Part shown: positions 41,361 through 50,457 of the stretch, piece by piece
Layout of the letters: each line of letters starts with the position of its first letter
Position numbering within the stretch: the first letter of the stretch is position 1
NCBI GenBank assembly: GCA_965217115.1
Contig: OZ244239.1
Location: 1,504,001 to 1,568,000 of the forward strand
Source of the DNA: Bdellovibrionales bacterium
Lineage (GTDB): Bacteria; Bdellovibrionota; Bdellovibrionia; Bdellovibrionales; CAYMLA01
Direction: 5' to 3'
Length of the DNA: 64,000 nt
Program-made: the position numbers and the translations under genes
Notes under the pieces: model-generated
Told to the model about the DNA's origin: nothing
The model's database searches: none
What the model saw: the letters and a program-made list of their open reading frames with translations, nothing else

Positions 41361-42617
41361 GTGTCACGGTTTTGTCTATTGCTGGTAGTTATTTATGTAA
41401 GTTTTATATCTAGCGCCTATGGAAAAGGGAAGAGTTGTTCTAGTCGAAATTTATATAATCCAAAGTGGCTTGAAGCTGAGCATGAATATTTAGCTAATAA
41501 AGGTTTCTTGGATGCCTGCGCTCAAATGAAATTTTCTAAAAAGAAATGCTTTAAAAATAAAATCCCAAGAAAAGACAAGAAAATTCGCTTAAGCTACGGT
41601 CAGATAGCTCTACTTGGAGACAATTATCTAAAAGAAAATCTTTTATTTGAAGAAGATGGTGAAGGGGAAATCTCTAACGAAGGTATGAAGAAAATTTTCA
41701 AATGTATTAATAGAAGCGGTGAAGTTCATGAAGAGCAAAGAAGAAGGCCAGACGTCAAGTATCCAGATTGTCAGTGGGTCATATTTTTTAATTCGCAAGG
41801 CATGGTAGAAACTATAAGTCACAATACTCATCACTTTGGTTGGTATAATATGAAGGCCTATGTTCGCATACATCAAAAATCTTTAAATGAAGCAAAATTA
41901 TCTGGAGAGTTAAGAAGGCGAGGTTTTATAAGAGAAAGCGATTATTATTTTAGAAAGGCGCTCTATACTAATGGATATGCTGACCATCTTTTGTCTGATG
42001 CCTTCTCGGCTGGGCATATTCGTATTCCAAGAACACAGTTAAAAAAATGGGGTCGAAATAACCTTCGTGGTTTATTAAGAAAATACAAAGGGGACGTTTT
42101 AGCCACCATATTACATAATACCGAAGCTAAAGATAGTTCTGGATCGGAAATTGGTTTTAGTGTAAAAAATTCTGTGGGTAATAAATGGAAAACTCGTTCT
42201 GATTCTAAATTGAACGAATGTCGACAAGAGAGTCATATTGGTATTAGACTGCCTATTGAGGCGATAAAAGCTTCAGTTATAGAGGTATTGCGCGCTTACA
42301 AAACAGGAAAGCAGCCTAAGGGGGTTTTTGCAGCGACCAAATTAGTGCCATTTTCAGATGAGCCGAGTTTCAAAGAAAAATTTGACTCTTTAATTCAAAG
42401 AGAGGGTTTGAGACCTCTAGCAAAACGATTGAGAAAAGCAGCGCCCGTGCCCCTTCGATGGGTGATTACTAAAAGAAATGTCGCTCATATGTTAAATAAC
42501 ATAGAGCCCATTATGTCTAGTTTTAGAGCTGATGTGGGTCTGAATTTAGGAATTAATTCGGAACTTGAACATCGACTTCCCAAAAAATACATAGATGCTT
42601 ATTTAAATGTTCAATAG
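41361..42617 (+). CDS. Secreted Zn-dependent phospholipase C-like protein
   Basis: Signal peptide; EH, LSYGQIALLGD, HNTHHFG, ADHLLSDAFSAGH, LHNTE resemble Legionella PlcA/B-type motifs. Confidence 0.65.
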   Translation: MSRFCLLLVVIYVSFISSAYGKGKSCSSRNLYNPKWLEAEHEYLANKGFLDACAQMKFSKKKCFKNKIPRKDKKIRLSYGQIALLGDNYLKENLLFEEDGEGEISNEGMKKIFKCINRSGEVHEEQRRRPDVKYPDCQWVIFFNSQGMVETISHNTHHFGWYNMKAYVRIHQKSLNEAKLSGELRRRGFIRESDYYFRKALYTNGYADHLLSDAFSAGHIRIPRTQLKKWGRNNLRGLLRKYKGDVLATILHNTEAKDSSGSEIGFSVKNSVGNKWKTRSDSKLNECRQESHIGIRLPIEAIKASVIEVLRAYKTGKQPKGVFAATKLVPFSDEPSFKEKFDSLIQREGLRPLAKRLRKAAPVPLRWVITKRNVAHMLNNIEPIMSSFRADVGLNLGINSELEHRLPKKYIDAYLNVQ

Positions 42618-42659
42618 ATGTATCGAATTACTGTGAAAAGAGTTAAAAAAAAATTGTGT

Positions 42660-43289
42660 TTAAGGGGCATCAGGTTGATTGGCTGGGTGGGCTTTTTGAA
42701 AGGCTTCAAGCTCTTCACAATGGGTGTAAATATTTTTAATGATTGGCAGAGATGACATATTTACATTAAAACGATGTGCATTATAAACCTGTGGAATCAG
42801 ACAAGCGTCTGCAGCGGTGACCGTTCCTCCGAAACAGAAATTTCCAGCTGTATTTTGCAGGGTACTCTCTAAGGCCTTAAGACCCTTTTCAATCCAGTGA
42901 TGGGACCATTTGTTTGGATCGAGTTGATGTTCTCTCTGGATGAACTGCAAAAGAGAGAGGTTTTGTAGAGGTTGAAGTCCACTGTTGATGAGTTCACACA
43001 CCTGCCAAACACGAGCTTTATCTTTAGAGTTTTTAGGGAATAACTGGGGAAGAGAGTGCTTTTCATCGAGGTATTGCAATATAGCCAGAGACTGGCTCAG
43101 TTTAAAATCACCATCTACAAGAGTGGGGACTTGTTCCATGGGGTTGAGTTTTTTGTAGTTTTCAGAGTGTTGTTGCCCTCCATCTTGTACGAGGTGTACA
43201 GAGATGTTCTCAAAAGGTATTTCTTTTAAATGTAAAGCAATGCGAACTCTATAGGAGGCTGAACTGCGAAAGTACCCGTAAAGTTTCAT
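42660..43289 (-). CDS. maiA: Maleylacetoacetate isomerase (GST zeta)
   Basis: YFRSSASYRVRIAL, LQPLQNL, AHPANQPDAP. Confidence 0.95.
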   Translation of the reverse strand: MKLYGYFRSSASYRVRIALHLKEIPFENISVHLVQDGGQQHSENYKKLNPMEQVPTLVDGDFKLSQSLAILQYLDEKHSLPQLFPKNSKDKARVWQVCELINSGLQPLQNLSLLQFIQREHQLDPNKWSHHWIEKGLKALESTLQNTAGNFCFGGTVTAADACLIPQVYNAHRFNVNMSSLPIIKNIYTHCEELEAFQKAHPANQPDAP

Positions 43290-43572
43290 AGAGGCTCCAT
43301 TATTAAGAATCATATAGAGTATTTAGCAAAAAAATAGTGAAAAGTATATAGATTTTATAGTACCTATAAGGGCACTTGCAAAGAGGCTTCTTTAAAAGAG
43401 GCTTCTTTAAAACATGCTGAGTGCTTACATTAGAAGAGGGCAGAGAAGAAATATGATTTTGAGGGGTTTTGACTTTGCTTTAGAGGTGTGTGTAAGTTTA
43501 GTCGTGATTTAATCCGTAAATAATGATTTTTTATAGAGTGATCGTTTTTTTAAGATAAAGGAGATAGGAATA

Positions 43573-44556
43573 ATGAAATTAGGAACTTTAAAAACAAAGG
43601 GCTGTTTAGATGGAGAATTGGTGGTTGTGAGTCGTGATGGCCGTACGGCGATTAAAGCGCCTGATGTTGCGAGAAATATGCAGACAGTGATGGATAATTG
43701 GGATGAGATGTCGGCTCCATTGGAGAGACTCTATCAAGAGCTTAATGGGAAAAAATTGGATGGGGCATTTGAAGTGGATCAGACAAAGTTTCACTCTCCT
43801 TTGCCGAGGGCGTATCAATTTGCAGATGGTTCGGCTTTTATCCACCATATTCGTTTGGTTAGGATGGCTCGTAATGCTCCTATGCCTGAAAAGTTAGAAA
43901 CGGTGCCGTTAATGTATCAGGGTTTAAGCGATGGTTTTCTTGGGCCATATGATGATATTCCTCAGATAGCGATGGAGCATGGGACAGATTTTGAAGGAGA
44001 GGTGGGGATTATTACTGATTTTGTCCCTATGGGAACGAAAGCTTCTGATGCGATTCAATACATACGCTTACTTGTTTTAATTAATGATGTTTCTCTGCGT
44101 GGTTTAATCCCAGAAGAGTTGAAGACAGGATTTGGTTTTTTTCAGAGTAAACCAGCATCATCATTTTCCCCCTTTGCAGTGACTCCTGATGAGTTGGGAG
44201 ATGCGTGGAAAAAAGGCCGAGTGCATTTACCTCTTCTTGTTGATTATAATGGAGATTTTTTTGGAAATGCTGATGCTGGACACATGCACTTTGACTTTGG
44301 GCAACTGGTTGAGCATGCAGCCAAGACACGGGATTTATCTGCTGGAACAATTATTGGTAGTGGCACTGTCTCGAACGAAGATATGTCTAGAGGTAGCTCT
44401 TGTTTAGCTGAAAAAAGAATGTTGGAAAAAATCCATGACGGGGATTTCAAGACGTCTTTTATGAAGTCAGGAGATAGAGTTAAAATCCGTATGAAGAGCA
44501 CTGAAGGAGAGGATGTTTTTGGCACTATTGAGCAAAAAGTTGTGTCTAGTTTGTAA
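43573..44556 (+). CDS. Fumarylacetoacetate hydrolase family protein
   Basis: SPLPRAYQFADGSA, DFEGE, NDVSLR, GTIIGSGTVSN; divergent from maiA. Confidence 0.93.
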   Translation: MKLGTLKTKGCLDGELVVVSRDGRTAIKAPDVARNMQTVMDNWDEMSAPLERLYQELNGKKLDGAFEVDQTKFHSPLPRAYQFADGSAFIHHIRLVRMARNAPMPEKLETVPLMYQGLSDGFLGPYDDIPQIAMEHGTDFEGEVGIITDFVPMGTKASDAIQYIRLLVLINDVSLRGLIPEELKTGFGFFQSKPASSFSPFAVTPDELGDAWKKGRVHLPLLVDYNGDFFGNADAGHMHFDFGQLVEHAAKTRDLSAGTIIGSGTVSNEDMSRGSSCLAEKRMLEKIHDGDFKTSFMKSGDRVKIRMKSTEGEDVFGTIEQKVVSSL

Positions 44557-47401
44557 AAATAAGTCGAATACTATCGAGCCTTGGTGTGGTTCTCTTTATG
44601 TGGGAGATAATGTCTTTAGCATTGTTTTTTTGATACTCGATATCTTCTGAAGTCACGTTTGGATTTACTTTTTCTAAGTAAATGATTCTCTGAATTTCTT
44701 GATCAAGGGATTTTTGAGTTGTTTCTTCTGACGATAGAACTTCTTGTTCAGCCCATTGGTTAATTTCTATGAGAGCTTCTCTTATAAGTGGTTCTATTAT
44801 GGGGCGGCTATTTTCAAGGTTTTCGGGTCTTTCCTGTTCTCGTAGTTCCTTGAGGAGATCGGGGTTTTCTTTATGGAGGGATTCCTGTATTTTTTCCCCG
44901 AGGTGATTGATTTGAAGTTCTTTTATTTTTGTCGGAAAATAGGTCTCAAGCTCTAGATATCTCGGTCCTAGGGGCTCAATAACGAAGGAGAGTTCTAACA
45001 AAAAGCCTTTTCCCTGTTGAGAATCGGACCACTGGCAAACACTGGCGGCACCTTCATTGCGGTCGAGAAGCATACTCAGGACTTCGTCAGTGATGGGATG
45101 GTCTTGGGTAAGAAAGACAATATCTTCTCTTTTCAGAGCGAGTTGGCGATCAAATGTGAAGAGTGTATTGTCGTGTTTTTTTAGACCAGGAAAATCTTCA
45201 ATGAACATAAGATCGCTGGGACGAATAAGAAGGGTCCCGTGTTCGTCAGGCTCTTCAAAATCAACTCCATAGTGAATAAAGAGATCCTTGAGGAGTAACT
45301 CTAAAGAGGGGTCGTCTTCCATGTCATCGACATGATCGAGTATTTTTTGTGCTGAGGTCTCATTAAAAGAATTCAGATCAATAAGTATATCAATACTTTC
45401 TTTGGTAAGTTTTTTCTGTTCTTTAGCAACTAATTTTGTTTCATTAATAAGTTCCTGTAGTGATTGGTTAAAGTCCTCCTTGTTTAAGGTCATAGAAATA
45501 ACATGGCAAAGTCGACTTTCAAATTGAATGAATATATCTCCTGCGCCATTCCATGATGATTCGAAGGAGTTGAGGCCTTGCTCGTACCATTTAAAGAGAA
45601 TGTGTTCAGGTGAATTAAGTATCCAAGGGAGGTGTATAAAAAGATCTCCTTTTTGTCCTATGCGATCGAGTCGGCCAATTCTCTGTTCAACAATGTCAGG
45701 GTGATTGGGGAGATCGAAGAGAATCATGTTTTGCACAAATTGAAAATTACGTCCTTCGCCACCGATTTCACTACAGATAAGGATTTGGGTGTTTTCTTTT
45801 TGTGCAAAGTTTGCGGCTTGAATATCTCTTTCTACAATTGAAAGGTCTTCATGGAAGATAGCAAAATTAATGGAAGTATTTTTGAGAAAACTTGCTATCT
45901 TTAAGACGGTTTTCTTTGTCGAGCAGAGAAGAAGGACTTGATCATTTTTATGAGTCTCAAGAAACGATTTTAACCAGGAGAGTTTGATGTCCATGGTATT
46001 TTGATTATGGGTAAAATGATAAAAAATTTCTTTTAGAGACCATTTGTCTTGAAGAGAAAACGGGGTGTCGAGCGATTTTTGTACTGGTTGGGGAATGGTG
46101 TGAGAGATGAGGTTTCTTTTTGAGAAGCCTTTAAGTCGTTGTCTTCTGTTGCGGAACAAAACTCTACCCGTGCCATGTCGGTCGATGAGGATGTTTAGCA
46201 GTTCTTCGGGATTGGTTTTATTGAGTGGTGCATCGATTATTTTTTGAATTTCGGAATCGTTGGCGAAAATATTTTTAAGTGCTTTGAGTTGAGATTGATT
46301 GAGATTATTTTCGTAGCATGATTTGGCGATTTTAGCTACTTTCCCCATCTGTTGAGCTTCATTTTTAAAATTTTCGAAATTAGAGAATCGAGAGGAATCA
46401 ACGATATTGAGAAGCCCAAACTGCGATTCTAAACCATGGAGTTGAGGAGTGGCGGTGAGTAGTAGAACTCCGAGGCTTGCTTGACTGAGTTTGTTAACAA
46501 GTGTCCATTCGGGAGAGGGGTCTTCTGATGACCAGTGGAGGTGGTGTGCTTCGTCGATGATGATAAGATCCCATTGTTCAGATAGAGATTGTTCAAAAGC
46601 GTCGGGTGTATTTAAGAGAAAATCAATAGAGCAGATGAATTTTTGATAATTTAAGAAAGGGTTTATTGAGTTTTGATTTTCTTCGCTATAGCGTTCTTCA
46701 TCAAAGACGGTGAAGAGTTCGTTAAAACGTCGAAACATTTCCGAGAGCCATTGGTGTTTAAGACTTTCGGGGGTGATGATGAGCACTCGATGGGCTCGAT
46801 CTGCAGCTTTTAGGGCGCTAAATACAAGTCCTGCTTCAATGGTTTTTCCTAATCCGACTTCATCGGCAAGAAGTACTCGTGGGCGTGGGTATTGTGAAAT
46901 TGTTTTAGCGACATAGAGTTGGTGTGGTAATGGGATGATCTTGGGACTGACGAGCCCCTGTGCGGGGGATTGTTTTGTTGAGCTGCGAATATTCCATGCA
47001 ATTTGACGAAAATCATAGGTTCGATGGTGGGTCCAAAGTCCAGCAAAAAACCGTTCGATGGTTCCAGGGTCTTGTGGCTGATGGCAAAGGTTAGTTTCAA
47101 TGAGTTTTTTTCCTTGGCCGTGGTAGGTGAGTAGCCCCTGTTGTTCTGTGATGGATTCCACGGTTATTTTAGTGGAGGGCTCTGTGTTTTGGTTCGTCTG
47201 AGCGGTGTCTCCAATGGAAAGCTGGAAGCGGTGTAGAGAATTACTATTTAGGGAGTAATGTCTTGAGTTTTTTGTTAAAGGAAAGTGAACTTCGAGGGAA
47301 TTTTGTCCAGGGTCAATATTGATGATAAGTCCAATGCCTAGCTGAGGCTCGGTGCGGGTAACGATTCTTTGATTGATTTTCCACGAGGTTTTTTTTGTCA
47401 T
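44546..47401 (-). CDS. rapA: RNA polymerase-associated SNF2 ATPase RapA/HepA
   Basis: LLADEVGLGKTIEAG, DEAHHL, LLTATP, SEIGGEGRNFQF, EQRIGRLDRIGQ. Confidence 0.95.
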   Translation of the reverse strand: MTKKTSWKINQRIVTRTEPQLGIGLIINIDPGQNSLEVHFPLTKNSRHYSLNSNSLHRFQLSIGDTAQTNQNTEPSTKITVESITEQQGLLTYHGQGKKLIETNLCHQPQDPGTIERFFAGLWTHHRTYDFRQIAWNIRSSTKQSPAQGLVSPKIIPLPHQLYVAKTISQYPRPRVLLADEVGLGKTIEAGLVFSALKAADRAHRVLIITPESLKHQWLSEMFRRFNELFTVFDEERYSEENQNSINPFLNYQKFICSIDFLLNTPDAFEQSLSEQWDLIIIDEAHHLHWSSEDPSPEWTLVNKLSQASLGVLLLTATPQLHGLESQFGLLNIVDSSRFSNFENFKNEAQQMGKVAKIAKSCYENNLNQSQLKALKNIFANDSEIQKIIDAPLNKTNPEELLNILIDRHGTGRVLFRNRRQRLKGFSKRNLISHTIPQPVQKSLDTPFSLQDKWSLKEIFYHFTHNQNTMDIKLSWLKSFLETHKNDQVLLLCSTKKTVLKIASFLKNTSINFAIFHEDLSIVERDIQAANFAQKENTQILICSEIGGEGRNFQFVQNMILFDLPNHPDIVEQRIGRLDRIGQKGDLFIHLPWILNSPEHILFKWYEQGLNSFESSWNGAGDIFIQFESRLCHVISMTLNKEDFNQSLQELINETKLVAKEQKKLTKESIDILIDLNSFNETSAQKILDHVDDMEDDPSLELLLKDLFIHYGVDFEEPDEHGTLLIRPSDLMFIEDFPGLKKHDNTLFTFDRQLALKREDIVFLTQDHPITDEVLSMLLDRNEGAASVCQWSDSQQGKGFLLELSFVIEPLGPRYLELETYFPTKIKELQINHLGEKIQESLHKENPDLLKELREQERPENLENSRPIIEPLIREALIEINQWAEQEVLSSEETTQKSLDQEIQRIIYLEKVNPNVTSEDIEYQKNNAKDIISHIKRTTPRLDSIRLIFTN

Positions 47402-47523
47402 GACGTTAGATAATATGCCTGAAAATGGCGGGGAGGTATAGCAGGCTTTTGAAGATCACCTTCTATAATGTGTTGTGTTTTTTTAAATCTTATTTTAGAT
47501 TGAGGCACTGTTTTTGTTCAAAT

Positions 47524-47613
47524 GGAGAGGTGGCCGAGTGGTTGAAGGCGCACGCCTGGAACGCGTGTGTACTGGAAACAGTACCCAGAGTTCGAATCTC
47601 TGTCTCTCCGCCA
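47524..47613 (+). tRNA. tRNA-Ser(GGA)
   Basis: Cloverleaf with anticodon loop CTGGAAC, long variable arm, GTTCGAATC, encoded CCA. Confidence 0.97.
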
Positions 47614-47834
47614 TTTTAAGTAAACATCTAGAATAACTAGTGTTTAGCCTGTATGAAAGTCCTCTTTCCCCTGTTTTTGAGGAAAAACCCATCAAGTATA
47701 ATTTGTTGCCCTTTCTTCTAGAGTTAATAATATTTTAGGGTTACTATTTAGAAGCAAGAGAATATGGCGGAATTAATTTGTGATTTCATAGGTTTAGTCG
47801 TACCTTGTATCATAAGAATGGCAGGTAAAATTAT

Positions 47835-48521
47835 ATGCTCACAACACGTTTAAAAACTCATCGCTCTCTGCTTTCGTCGCAAAGTGGATTGAGTCTGACT
47901 AAACTCCTTCTTGTTCTGGCTGTGTTGTCCGTGCTTTTTTCTGGGTCAAAGAAAGTTTTTTTACCTACTGCATCCGAAGTTGATAAGCATGCAGCTCTTT
48001 TAAAAGACTTAGTTCAGTCTTTGATCATAAATGAAAAAGCATGGGAGAACACCTTAAAATCTAATATTGAGATGGCTTGTTTGCAAAGTGGAGTCGAGTG
48101 CTCCAGAATTATTTCTTTCGGCACTGAGTTTATTTTAAAAGATGAAAAAAACAGGGCGGTCAATGGCCCAGGACAGGGATTTAAAGAAAATGGCACTCCC
48201 TGTACTGGTTATGTTGATGTGGGTTTTACAGGTAATGATGAGTGTCCTTTCTCCATGGATCTTGAGTTTAAGACGGCCCCTTGCTCAGGTGATTTTTGTG
48301 ATGACTACGATGTTATCATCGAAGGGTATATTGGATACAACCCAAAACGCCCTAACTTGTCTTATAGATCTGTAAGTCCAAATTTTTCTGTGCAAAGGGG
48401 TGGTAAAGGAGAGAGTAAAATGTTGAAAGAGTGCCTTTCAAAAGGCGAAGGGTATCTGTATAATATGTATTCAGGCGAGTGTCTGCAATTTGGAAATGGC
48501 AAGCCGCCAGAGAAAAATTGA
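47835..48521 (+). CDS. Pilin/pseudopilin-like exported Cys-rich protein
   Basis: SQSG|LSLTKLLLVLAVLSVL class III-like signal; eight Cys. Confidence 0.6.
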   Translation: MLTTRLKTHRSLLSSQSGLSLTKLLLVLAVLSVLFSGSKKVFLPTASEVDKHAALLKDLVQSLIINEKAWENTLKSNIEMACLQSGVECSRIISFGTEFILKDEKNRAVNGPGQGFKENGTPCTGYVDVGFTGNDECPFSMDLEFKTAPCSGDFCDDYDVIIEGYIGYNPKRPNLSYRSVSPNFSVQRGGKGESKMLKECLSKGEGYLYNMYSGECLQFGNGKPPEKN

Positions 48522-48601
48522 AATGTTTAGAGAGAGTGGACTCTTCTCCAGTTAAGAGGAGGGTTTTTGTGGCGACATAGTGATTGCAAATAAGTGACTG
48601 C

Positions 48602-49024
48602 TTAAGCCGCTGAATTTAATTCCTTATGTTTTAAAATCCATTTATTAAGAACTTTTAGCGCGGCAGAAGGTTTTTGGGTGAAGGCTAAACGGTTGGGGTT
48701 GAAAAGGTCACCGACTAATTTGGCGCTGAAAGTAATTCTCTCTTGGGTTTCGGGGTGAATGATTAAGATTTCACAAATGCCGCAAAAACCTTCAGGAACA
48801 GGCTGTTCAAGGAGCATTCCTCCTGTAGAGATATTACGAGATTTATTAGAGTGGGAGCCATTGGGGCCAAACAGCTTAATGTCTAGTTGAAGCTCGTATC
48901 TCTCGCTTTGACGGCGATTCTTCGACTGGTCGAGGGACTGTTCAGTGTTGTCAGAGAATAAATCAGACAAGGTTAACTCGTCTCCGTGAAAGGAGCATTT
49001 GTCTGATTTTAGATGATTCCCCAT
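48602..49024 (-). CDS. PilZ domain protein
   Basis: RRQSER and NISTGG c-di-GMP-binding motifs. Confidence 0.88.
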   Translation of the reverse strand: MGNHLKSDKCSFHGDELTLSDLFSDNTEQSLDQSKNRRQSERYELQLDIKLFGPNGSHSNKSRNISTGGMLLEQPVPEGFCGICEILIIHPETQERITFSAKLVGDLFNPNRLAFTQKPSAALKVLNKWILKHKELNSAA

Positions 49025-49151
49025 TTACCCCCCCCTCTCTCTTCTTAGACACTTGCACATAGTTATCGGTAAAAAAGCGAAATAGCTTTAAAAGAGTGAG
49101 ACAGCTGGGAGATGACTGGGAAATGACTGGGAGATTATGAATAAATATTAT

Positions 49152-49634
49152 TTAATTCTCTTTTTGAGAATTCCCTTCCCTGAGATTGGCAAAGAAGCTT
49201 CTAAGAAGGCGGGAAGACTCTGAGGCGAGAACTCCAGAGATAACTTCGGGGCTGTGATTGAGTTTTCCGTCCAGGCAAATTTCGTAGACACTGCCTATGG
49301 CCCCTGCTTTGGGGTCTTTGACAGCATAAACGACTCGTTCAATGCGTGAATTAACGATGGCGCCTGCGCACATGCAGCATGGCTCTAGAGTGACATACAG
49401 AGTGCAGTTGATAAGGCGCCATGATTTGAGTTTTTTGGAGGCTCCTTGGATGGCGGTGATTTCAGCGTGCTCTAAGGGGTTTTGACTGGATTCTCGAGTG
49501 TTGTGGGCTTGGGAGATGACTTGGCCGTCTTTGACAATAATAGCGCCAACGGGGACTTCTCCCTGGTTTGCGGCAATTTCTGCCAAATCGAGGGCTTTTT
49601 CCATCCATTTCCGGTGAGAGGAGACGTTTTCCAT
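49152..49634 (-). CDS. tadA: tRNA adenosine(34) deaminase
   Basis: EVPVGA, HAE, TLEPCCMCAGA. Confidence 0.95.
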   Translation of the reverse strand: MENVSSHRKWMEKALDLAEIAANQGEVPVGAIIVKDGQVISQAHNTRESSQNPLEHAEITAIQGASKKLKSWRLINCTLYVTLEPCCMCAGAIVNSRIERVVYAVKDPKAGAIGSVYEICLDGKLNHSPEVISGVLASESSRLLRSFFANLREGNSQKEN

Positions 49635-49745
49635 GGAATAGCTAGTATATGATGTTTGGAAAATAGGCAAACATGGTTGTCATATTTACTTTATTTTGTT
49701 ATTTATTTCTGCTTGAAATATTTGCCGTGAAGGATGGTGATATAA

Positions 49746-49943
49746 ATGGCAATGGTAAAGGCGCGGGATTCAGAAAGTTTTGATCAGTTGTTTAGACGTT
49801 TTAAGAAGTTATGCGAGAAATCAGGAACTCTTTCAGAGGTGAAGAAACGCGAACATTATGAAAAACCAGGAGTTAAGGCGAAGAAGAAATCAATCGCTGC
49901 AAGAAAGCGACTTGTGAAGAAAGGTCGCGGTGATAGAAGATAA
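49746..49943 (+). CDS. rpsU: 30S ribosomal protein S21
   Basis: RRFKK...[10 protein letters not shown]. Confidence 0.96.
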   Translation: MAMVKARDSESFDQLFRRFKKLCEKSGTLSEVKKREHYEKPGVKAKKKSIAARKRLVKKGRGDRR

Positions 49944-49973
49944 CAACAAAAATAAATAAGGTGTTATTGTTAG

Positions 49974-50420
49974 ATGAAAGTTAGAGAGACGATCATGGCT
50001 GACATTAAGTCAGCTATGAAAAACAAAGAAGCAGAGAGATTGTCTGCGCTAAGATTATTGAGTTCTGCGATCAAGAACAAAGAGATCGAAAATCGCCCGA
50101 AAGAACTTACTGATAATGATGTTATCTCTGTGATTAAGAAATCGATAAAGCAGAGAAAAGATTCTATTGAGCAATACGGCAAGGCAAATCGTCAAGACTT
50201 GGTGGACAAGGAAAAAACGGAGTTGCTTGTTTTAGAGGTATATTTGCCTGAGCAGATGAGTAAAGAACAAGTTGTGTTGATCGTGGAAGAAGTGATTGCA
50301 TCCACAGGTGCTCAGACCATGAAAGATATGGGCAAGGTCATGGGGTTGGTTTCCAAGAAAACTGAAGGCAATGCCGACAACAGCATAGTGAGCGAGCTGG
50401 TAAAGACTAGATTGCAGTAG
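49974..50420 (+). CDS. GatB/YqeY domain protein
   Basis: KSAMKNKE...KQRKDSIEQY...YLPEQM...DMGKVM. Confidence 0.93.
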   Translation: MKVRETIMADIKSAMKNKEAERLSALRLLSSAIKNKEIENRPKELTDNDVISVIKKSIKQRKDSIEQYGKANRQDLVDKEKTELLVLEVYLPEQMSKEQVVLIVEEVIASTGAQTMKDMGKVMGLVSKKTEGNADNSIVSELVKTRLQ

Positions 50421-50457
50421 CTTGAGCCATTGTTGTAAAAGATATTTGGAGCATTGA

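Noticed and set aside
43381..43410. 15-bp tandem duplication between maiA and the FAH gene
   Set aside because: Only two copies; a simple slippage duplication is sufficient
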